A stretch of DNA of 31,655 nt from a virus. Lineage: Duplodnaviria; Caudoviricetes. Shown here piece after piece: positions 25,175 through 31,655 of this stretch. The position numbers were made by a program, and so were the translations under genes. The DNA is taken from positions 1-31,655 of the IMG/VR virus record IMGVR_UViG_3300035014_000027. One strand, given 5' to 3'. The notes under the pieces were generated by a model. That model was not told the DNA's origin and did no database searches. It worked only from the letters and a program-made list of their open reading frames with translations. The number at the start of each line of letters is the position of its first letter. Position 1 is the stretch's first letter.

Positions 25175-25624
25175 TTACGGGGTGTTGAGCCGCAGGGCGG
25201 CGAGGCCGGCACCGGAGGTGCTGGTGTCCCACTGCGCGCCGGCGATCAGGGTGTTGGCCCCGGAGTTGGGGATGTTCGTCAGCACGCCGGTGGCGGGCAC
25301 GTAATAGACGGGGTCACCAACAGCGACGGTAACCGAAGCCTGAGCGACCACGACGCCCTTCTTCATCACGGCCACGGTGTCGTACTGGTCATACTTCCCG
25401 TTAGGACGGGTGGTGTCGATAACGGCGATGCCGCAGAACTTCACGGTCGCTTCGGAATCGACGACCTGATTGTCGAGCGTCCCCTGAACGGCGACCTTGC
25501 CGAAGCCGATACCCTCAACGTCTTCCGCAATGCGGCTGACGATGACATTCGGCTCCATGTTGAGGACCATGCCCTCGACCCAGCGAGCATGCTGGGCGGC
25601 ATAGGTGGTCTGAATCGCGGGCAT
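25175..25624 (-). CDS. Head decoration / cement protein
   Basis: I.FG...V.G, F.GIAV, V.VM.KG...V....V..GDPVY; between scaffold and capsid. Confidence 0.82.
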   Translation of the reverse strand: MPAIQTTYAAQHARWVEGMVLNMEPNVIVSRIAEDVEGIGFGKVAVQGTLDNQVVDSEATVKFCGIAVIDTTRPNGKYDQYDTVAVMKKGVVVAQASVTVAVGDPVYYVPATGVLTNIPNSGANTLIAGAQWDTSTSGAGLAALRLNTP

Positions 25625-26727
25625 CAGGCGGCTCCCTTCTGCGGGGCCTTCCAGGCATCCTGGAGACCGGTGACCATGGCGGCGTGCGCGTCATTGACGG
25701 CAGCCGGGGTGGAAGGCTTTAGGCCGCCGGTCAGCGCGTCCCGCACCGGATCGGCGGGGGCGGCAACGCGCAAAGCAGCGAAGGCGCCGGCGATGGCCGC
25801 GTCGTCGAGGTTCTTGGCGGCATCGCCGAGCTTGGCCTCGACCGCCTCGCGACGGATGGCGACGTCGGGCTTGCCGTCGGCGGTGACGTCCTTGCCGGTG
25901 ATGGCCTTGGCGTCGGCAATGACGGCCGAGCGCGCGACGACGGCGGCGTCGATCTGGGCCGGCGTCATCTTGCCGTCTTCGACCTGCTTCTTGAGCACGG
26001 CGATCTCGCCGTCCTTGGTCGAGACCGCGGTGTTGAGCTCGCCGATCTTCTTTTCGGCGTCGGACAGCGCGGTTTTGGCCGCATCGAACTGTCCGAGCAC
26101 CTTCTGCACGACCTGGATGGCAGTGTCCGACATCTCAACCGAGATGCCGTCGACGGTGAACGTCTTCATGGGTTTCTCCTGAGTGGAAGAAGGGGCCGCC
26201 CAGGAATCTCCGATGCGGCATTGATGACCGGCTCGGCCGGCATCGACAATCGCGAGGTGGTTCCCGCGAATGTTCTTCTGAATGGCGTCGTAGGCCTCGC
26301 CGGCGGGCGTGGTGCCGGCGGTGAAGTCGAGGTCGCAGGCGTAGCCCATGGAGAGCTCGCGCTTGCCAGCCTCGACCGCATCGATCGCGGCTTGGTCCAT
26401 GACCGTCATCGGCACACGGACGAACTCGCCATCGCGGGCGATCTCGCTGCCAGTCATGCCGACGCTGTGGCGCTTCCAGTTGCCGGCGCCGACGGCCTCG
26501 GAAGGATGGTCGTTCGTGACCGGGCGGTGGGCGAAGCTGGCGAGCGCGTCGGTGCTGAACACCTCGGCCTCAGGCCGGAAGACCCGGACCTGATCCAGTT
26601 CCGGCTTCCCGACCTCGCGGCCGGCGTAGATCTGGATCCCCGTGCGCGCGACCCGAGCGTCAGCCACAAGGTAGCCGTCCCCGGTCCGGCGCGTGCCGGA
26701 TAGAGCGATCTTGTCGGTGAAGAGCAT
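25624..26727 (-). CDS. Prohead protease-scaffold (DUF2213-like)
   Basis: DGYL, ARTGIQ.Y, RP..EVF, P.T.DHP, ELSMGY, NHLAIV..GRAG; coiled-coil scaffold C-terminus. Confidence 0.9.
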   Translation of the reverse strand: MLFTDKIALSGTRRTGDGYLVADARVARTGIQIYAGREVGKPELDQVRVFRPEAEVFSTDALASFAHRPVTNDHPSEAVGAGNWKRHSVGMTGSEIARDGEFVRVPMTVMDQAAIDAVEAGKRELSMGYACDLDFTAGTTPAGEAYDAIQKNIRGNHLAIVDAGRAGHQCRIGDSWAAPSSTQEKPMKTFTVDGISVEMSDTAIQVVQKVLGQFDAAKTALSDAEKKIGELNTAVSTKDGEIAVLKKQVEDGKMTPAQIDAAVVARSAVIADAKAITGKDVTADGKPDVAIRREAVEAKLGDAAKNLDDAAIAGAFAALRVAAPADPVRDALTGGLKPSTPAAVNDAHAAMVTGLQDAWKAPQKGAA

Positions 26728-26816
26728 GAGGCAGCCTGTGGATTGCGCGGATAGCGCGCAGTCGATGGTGACTAAACAACCAACGCGTGATGATCTCGTT
26801 GTTAGGGAGACAACAC

Positions 26817-27329
26817 ATGCGATTCTTGAAAAGCTTCCAGATTTCCAAGCCTTCCGAACTCAGCCCGGGCGATTTTTACGAGCTATGGCTGAACGGTCAT
26901 TCCGCCTTTGCGGTCGCGATCGAAACAGAAGGGCGATTGCTTGCGGCAGTGATCGGCTCAACTGACCCAGATTTCATTCCAGCAATCGTGCCGCGCACCG
27001 ACATGTGGGACGACAACGTGCTGTTCTATCCTGACGCCTGCATCGAGATTGTTCGGACAGGCGATCTGGCCGAGGCCGACCATGCCCGTGAAAGTTGGCG
27101 CGGCGTGATCAAACTCGCCGATGGCGAAGTTCTCATGCGCGTGTTCGAAATCAGCCAGCCGCGCCGAGGTTATTGGGTCGACCTTGATAGATCTGCATTC
27201 TCCGCGAACCGCGGCGCTACTGCCTTCTTCGCAACTCACTGGCGGCTATGGGCCAAGGCTGCCGATGCCGGGGCCAAAGACAGCGAGCCGCTGTACGACT
27301 TTCAGGCTCAGCCCCCACAGCCTCGTTAA
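26817..27329 (+). CDS. Antisense moron, hypothetical protein (170 aa)
   Basis: AGGGAG RBS (26804-26809), AT-richer leader and codons, fills the gap between gp7 and the protease. Confidence 0.8.
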   Translation: MRFLKSFQISKPSELSPGDFYELWLNGHSAFAVAIETEGRLLAAVIGSTDPDFIPAIVPRTDMWDDNVLFYPDACIEIVRTGDLAEADHARESWRGVIKLADGEVLMRVFEISQPRRGYWVDLDRSAFSANRGATAFFATHWRLWAKAADAGAKDSEPLYDFQAQPPQPR

Positions 27330-28153
27330 AACTCGATAACCGCCCGCGCCGTGCAGCGGCAGTTGATCGGCTGGCCGGGATGCCCATCGCTGGGCGGGTT
27401 CGACCATTTGAACGTCTTGCCCTCGCGATCCCAGTGGGACGGCCTGGCATTCGGATACTTGCCGTCCGGGTTGCCGCGAACGCGCTCGTCGAGCGATGTC
27501 GACCAGACGTATTCGGTGACGCCCAGGGCCTGTTGGCGGATCCGGTTCAGGTCGCCGTTGAAGCTGGCGGCCTGATCGCGGGCGATGAGCTTGGCGCGGC
27601 GGCGGGCGATGCCGAACTCGGTAGTGATGATCTTCTCGATCTCGCGGTTGTTGAGGCCGCGGGTCAGCCCATCGAGCAGCTTGGCCGCGAGCCGGCGTGC
27701 GACATCATCGGTCAGGCCCCGGATCAGTTGGACATTCCGAAGCACAGCGGCGTCGATCGTGGTGCCGATCCCTTCGGCTTGGATGACGTTGCCCAGGTCG
27801 ATCCCGAGCGCCGACCGAACGCCTTCGTTAAACCGGCGCTGGTTCCGCTCTTCCTCGGTGTCGAAAGCCTCGCGCCAGGCCGACTGGAATCCGTCGATCA
27901 GGCCGTCACCGATATCGCGCAGCGTTCGCATGGCGCGCTCGAACCAGTTGAGGTCGTCGCGCGTCACCTGGGCCTTGGCCGAGACTGTTGCCGGCAGCAC
28001 ATCCTGTGCGACCTGCTGAGCCATCTGCCGCAGGATGCGGTTCGTCGGCGCCAGCAGCGCTGCCTCGAAGGCGACGGTTGCCACGACCGGTCGCAGCACC
28101 ACCCGGTCGCGCTTGGTCTTGCGCGCCTCCTTCAGCCAAGCCTGGACGTCCAT
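27326..28153 (-). CDS. Head morphogenesis protein (SPP1 gp7 / MuF family)
   Basis: RA.LIARDQ, Y.W.TS.DERVR, H...EG..F.W..PP..GHPG.PINCRC. Confidence 0.92.
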   Translation of the reverse strand: MDVQAWLKEARKTKRDRVVLRPVVATVAFEAALLAPTNRILRQMAQQVAQDVLPATVSAKAQVTRDDLNWFERAMRTLRDIGDGLIDGFQSAWREAFDTEEERNQRRFNEGVRSALGIDLGNVIQAEGIGTTIDAAVLRNVQLIRGLTDDVARRLAAKLLDGLTRGLNNREIEKIITTEFGIARRRAKLIARDQAASFNGDLNRIRQQALGVTEYVWSTSLDERVRGNPDGKYPNARPSHWDREGKTFKWSNPPSDGHPGQPINCRCTARAVIEF

Positions 28154-28155
28154 GC

Positions 28156-28629
28156 TCAGCTCTCGCTGACTTTGCCCGACCAATCCTCGTCGAGCTCAGC
28201 GAAGATCTCAGGTCCGAATTCCAGCGGACCGCGGAAGGGCTCGACCTTGCTCAGATCGACGCCAGCACCGTCATAGGTGATCGTGACGTGCGGCTGATAT
28301 TCCGGCCAGTCCCACGATGCGCCGGCCTCCCGGATCGCCATGTGGCGCCACGCCAACTCCGAGGAGTTGAACAGCAGAACCACAGCGCCCTTGTCACCGA
28401 GCGGCTCAACCAAGCGAGCGCCGCCCGGCGCGACCGTCAGGTTGCCGTTGCGATCGCCAACCCAACCCTCGCCAACCTTCATCCAGTCCAGCGGATCGCG
28501 CGAGAATGCGATGGTGACGTGTAAGTCAGCGGCGTCGAGCGTGGTCTGGAATCCCTGCCCTTTCGCCCAGGCGATGAACTCGGCACCGTTCAGCAGCTTG
28601 CGGCTGACATAGAGCGTGCGGGGCGCGGC
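28156..28629 (-). other. acb1: Acb1-like (anti-CBASS) 2H phosphoesterase domain, residues about 445-601 of the portal
   Basis: LYV...LHVTIAFSR (H481)...VLLFNSSEL.WRH..IR..GASWDW.EY.PHVTITY (H558)...E....L.EDW matches the T4 gp57B/Acb1 pattern as recalled. Confidence 0.85.
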
Positions 28630-29961
28630 ATCGTTCGCGACACGACGCTGCATCTCCTCGTTCAGCTTAGCGGCTTCGTTGTCGTTTTCGGCGCCGTCAG
28701 GCTCGTCGCCGAACTCATCAAGCGCGGCATCAAGCCCGGGGAACGTCCCGTCTTCGACGAACATGTTCTGCACGCCTCGGGCGAACGCTTCATCCGGGAT
28801 CAGGCCGGTGTCGGCGATCGCCTTGATGCCCGTCGCCTTCTTGGCGAAGATTTCAGCCTTCTCGACCTCGGACATCTGCCAGAGCGGGGCCCAGGTGTAA
28901 TGGACTGCCGGCGGCCTGCTGCCGAGAGCCGAGCGGATCAGCGCCTCGTCGAGCCTCGCCAGCGCCGGCCGAAGCTGCAGGTTCTGCGCCGCACCGATCC
29001 GATCATAATAATTGCGTTCATCGCTCTTGCCGGTCGATTGAAGGCCGCCCGGCGATTGACCCAGCATGCGGGTCGCCGGGATGTCGGCCGCACCCGAGGC
29101 AATCTGCAGATAGGTGTTCAGCACCTCCGGCAGCTGGGCGAAGCTGAGCTGCTTGGAGGACCAATCCTCGTCGCCGTCCAGCATCAGCGTGTTGGTAATG
29201 GACTTGCCGGTGTTGGCCAGCGAATAGCGCGTCAGGATGCGCGAGCGGTATTCCTCCGTCGCCAGGTTCTCCATGAACCCCGGCACCTTGATGATGTCGA
29301 CCTTGGCCTCTTGCAGCATGGCCGCGATCGCCGCCGCCGCGCTGCCGGCTTGGATCACCGCGTCATAGACCGCCTGCAGGACACTATCGCCCCAGCCGTC
29401 ATACGCGAGGACGCGATCTGGCATCTCCGCGCCAACGAAGCGCACCACACGCGAAGGATGGATGTCGACCATCACGTTGGTGCCAGCCAGCGTGTATTTC
29501 TTCGGCTCCCCGTACCAAGGCGAAAGCGGGTCCTGCTCGAGCTCGCCGGCGATCATCTCGTGCCGGCTGAAAACGTGCAGATATTTGATGCCGCCGATCT
29601 TCACGCCATCGGCGCGCAGCTCGGTCGTAGTATCGGCGTCGCCGGTGCCGATGAAGATGGCCGAGCCGCCATAGAGCCGCGAAAGGGTGCGGGCCTTGGC
29701 CACCTTGGACTGAAGCCCGAGCCGCGCTTCCTCCGCCTCGATCGCCTCGATCTGCGGCTTGTCAGCCTGCCAGTCGCGCCATTCCCGCGTCTCGTCGAAC
29801 GCCGGGATGTCTACGATTTTTCTCGCAATCCAGTCGGCTCGATAGGCGTTGTCGATCTGCTGCTTGTCGAGCAGCGTGAACCCGAAGGCCGTTGCCGTAG
29901 ACTTGTCCCTGACCGTTCCAAGCCCGGACATCAAGTTCACGAGCGTGTCGGTCGTCAGCAT
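28156..29961 (-). CDS. Portal protein (DUF1073-like) fused to a C-terminal Acb1-like 2H phosphoesterase
   Basis: Portal motifs WIARKIVDIPA.D..REWR, SRLYGG, IHPSR, WG.SVL, GAADIP.TR.LGQSP.G, NYYD.I, PLWQ; C-terminal 157 aa carry two HVT motifs. Confidence 0.92.
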   Translation of the reverse strand: MLTTDTLVNLMSGLGTVRDKSTATAFGFTLLDKQQIDNAYRADWIARKIVDIPAFDETREWRDWQADKPQIEAIEAEEARLGLQSKVAKARTLSRLYGGSAIFIGTGDADTTTELRADGVKIGGIKYLHVFSRHEMIAGELEQDPLSPWYGEPKKYTLAGTNVMVDIHPSRVVRFVGAEMPDRVLAYDGWGDSVLQAVYDAVIQAGSAAAAIAAMLQEAKVDIIKVPGFMENLATEEYRSRILTRYSLANTGKSITNTLMLDGDEDWSSKQLSFAQLPEVLNTYLQIASGAADIPATRMLGQSPGGLQSTGKSDERNYYDRIGAAQNLQLRPALARLDEALIRSALGSRPPAVHYTWAPLWQMSEVEKAEIFAKKATGIKAIADTGLIPDEAFARGVQNMFVEDGTFPGLDAALDEFGDEPDGAENDNEAAKLNEEMQRRVANDAAPRTLYVSRKLLNGAEFIAWAKGQGFQTTLDAADLHVTIAFSRDPLDWMKVGEGWVGDRNGNLTVAPGGARLVEPLGDKGAVVLLFNSSELAWRHMAIREAGASWDWPEYQPHVTITYDGAGVDLSKVEPFRGPLEFGPEIFAELDEDWSGKVSES

Positions 29962-29965
29962 GCGC

Positions 29966-31303
29966 TCAGCTCACATTGGCGAGGGTGAATCGGCTCCCGG
30001 TCACCAACAGCTCTGTGATCGCCCAGACCAAAGCATCTGCCCGGTCCGGCGACCCCTCACCAATGAAGCCGTCGCCGGTGATCGAGCACATCTGGTCCTC
30101 GAGATCCGAGAGCGACCCGACATGATGCACCCGCTTCTGTTCGTAGAGGGCGGCGACGGGCTCGGCCCTCGCTACCTTGCCGCGGCTGGCGACCACCTCC
30201 TTGTAGGAGGCTGCTCGGTCCACGGTTCGAATGACGTGCTCGACCATCGCGCCGCCGAAATTGCGCTCGGCGACGATGCGGTCAGCGTTGAATTCTCGAT
30301 AGGCTCGAACCGCCTGCTGGCCCCAGCCGTCCGGCGAGAGCTTGCAGGTCCGGTCTGCCAGGATGTAGGCGTGGCCATCCACGCCCTTGCCTGCGACGAC
30401 GATGCCGACGCTATCGCCTGAGTCGTCTTCACCGCCGGTGCCCGACGGGTCGACGGCGACGACAACGCGCTGGAGCTGCGGCGCCTGCTTGACCCGCGTC
30501 TCGTCCAGCATCAGCCGGGTCCACAGCGCGCCGGGCACATCGTCGAGGATTTCAGCGTTCAGTTCCTGCCGGCCAAGGCGGGTACCTTCGTATTTCTGCC
30601 TGATCGCATCGAGAAACGTCGGCGCCAGGTTGCTGGCGTTGTCGAAGGTCGAGCCGCGTGTGACGACCGTGCGCTTGTCCTTCAGGATCTCCTTGACCAA
30701 CGGCACCGGCTTCGGCGTCGTCGTAATGCATGACCGTGGGCGATCGCCGAGGCGAAGCCCGAATTGCGCCATGTCCCAGGTTTCGCGCAGATATTTCCAC
30801 GCGGCGAGCTCGTCAGCCCAGATGACCGCGTGCTGCGGGCCGCGAAGGCGCTCCGGCTCCTCGGCCGAGAATAACGTCGCGACCGCGCCGTTTGACCAAG
30901 TTAACCTGCGTTTCGAAGGCTCATAGGACGGACGGCCAAGCGGCTCGCCAGCGTGCGTGCGGTCTCCTGACCAGCACACAGCGAGCAGACCGCTCTCGCC
31001 TTCCACCATGACGTCTCGGGCGTCGGAAGCAGTCGGGCCGATCAAGCCGACACGCGTGGCACCGGCCTTCACCTGCTCGCGAACCCACTCGGCACCGGTA
31101 CGGGTCTTGCCAAACCCGCGGCCGGCGAGGATCAGCCAGTTAAGCCAATCACCACTAGGCGGCGTCTGCTCCGGCCGGGCGAAGAACCGCCAGTCGTGCA
31201 GCAGGTTCTCGCATTCGTCGTCAGTGAGGCTTGCCAGCGCCGACCGGATCTGGACCGGCGCCATGCTGCCGAAGGAGGAGACGTTCAAGCTTGGAGCGGG
31301 CAT
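29966..31303 (-). CDS. terL: Terminase large subunit (start may be 31264)
   Basis: AGRGFGKT Walker A, WADELA Walker B, ITTTP coupling motif, VAVDP and DRADA nuclease acidic residues. Confidence 0.95.
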   Translation of the reverse strand: MPAPSLNVSSFGSMAPVQIRSALASLTDDECENLLHDWRFFARPEQTPPSGDWLNWLILAGRGFGKTRTGAEWVREQVKAGATRVGLIGPTASDARDVMVEGESGLLAVCWSGDRTHAGEPLGRPSYEPSKRRLTWSNGAVATLFSAEEPERLRGPQHAVIWADELAAWKYLRETWDMAQFGLRLGDRPRSCITTTPKPVPLVKEILKDKRTVVTRGSTFDNASNLAPTFLDAIRQKYEGTRLGRQELNAEILDDVPGALWTRLMLDETRVKQAPQLQRVVVAVDPSGTGGEDDSGDSVGIVVAGKGVDGHAYILADRTCKLSPDGWGQQAVRAYREFNADRIVAERNFGGAMVEHVIRTVDRAASYKEVVASRGKVARAEPVAALYEQKRVHHVGSLSDLEDQMCSITGDGFIGEGSPDRADALVWAITELLVTGSRFTLANVS

Positions 31304-31655
31304 CCGTCACCGTGACGTCGATTGTGACGGACTGGTTGATGTCCTGCCGATCCGTCTGGTCGAGATAGTTTTTGCCCAGGAAGATCGCCATCGCGGCATT
31401 CTTCTGGGCCAGTTTGAATTGGGTGCGACGGAGGGAAGTGCGCCCCTCCTCCTTCCCCTTCTCCAGCGCTTCCCCGATCTCCGGGTGGCCGTTCATGAAA
31501 GTGATGAAGGTCTGATGGGAGACCGCAAGGACGGCAGCGCACTCGCGCGTCGTCGCTTGGATGCGGCCGAGCCCTTCGACGGTCTTCAGCGTCCGGGCGT
31601 CGCACTGCAGCGCGGGCGGCCTCCCGTTCCTCTTCGGCGTCGGATCGCTTTTCAT
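31221..31655 (-). CDS. terS: Terminase small subunit
   Basis: GRP, HTH-like segment, SLRR.QF..A..N..MAIFLGKNYL.Q.D; overlaps the TerL start. Confidence 0.85.
   Translation of the reverse strand: MKSDPTPKRNGRPPALQCDARTLKTVEGLGRIQATTRECAAVLAVSHQTFITFMNGHPEIGEALEKGKEEGRTSLRRTQFKLAQKNAAMAIFLGKNYLDQTDRQDINQSVTIDVTVTDARSKLERLLLRQHGAGPDPVGAGKPH

Larger units (their letters stand above)
1..31655. mobile_element. Prophage or temperate phage segment with contractile tail (myovirus); neither end is in the window
   Basis: Ordered head-neck-tail-baseplate-lysis operon on the minus strand, converging on small early-type genes on the plus strand; no host housekeeping genes. Confidence 0.95.

Noticed and set aside
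27326-28153. MuF polymorphic toxin
   Set aside because: The protein ends right after NCRC (TARAVIEF) with no C-terminal toxin extension
20381-29988. Long plus-strand ORFs such as 20381-21868, 25142-26182, 27248-28276 and 28900-29988
   Set aside because: Antisense shadows of well-supported structural genes in high-GC DNA; no motifs or RBS
1-31655. CRISPR array, tRNA, rRNA, IS element
   Set aside because: No regularly spaced repeats, cloverleaf or transposase noticed by eye; a tRNAscan/CRISPR scan was not run

Overview
The whole window is a GC-rich temperate-type myovirus (pro)phage segment, probably from an alphaproteobacterial (Rhizobiales-like) host, judged from the GAAC-N7-GAAC SOS box, a DUF982-like gene and a suhB/alpha-r8-type sRNA. 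The minus strand from 31655 to about 6900 is a nearly complete late operon: TerS, TerL, portal, MuF/gp7, DUF2213 protease-scaffold, decoration protein, DUF2184 capsid, neck, DUF3383 sheath, tube, frameshifted chaperone, tape measure, baseplate, Gly-rich fibre, collagen-like protein, GH19 endolysin and holin/membrane genes. The plus strand from 1 to 4887 is the end of an early accessory operon. Between them is a divergent SOS-box cassette with an orphan umuD-like gene. The most striking feature is a portal protein with a C-terminal 2H-phosphoesterase domain that resembles anti-CBASS Acb1. It is attached by an acidic linker ending in an Asp motif that recurs at other head-protein junctions, which suggests an immune-evasion enzyme built into the head and possibly released by the prohead protease. 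Family names come from motif recognition and gene order only; no database search was run.
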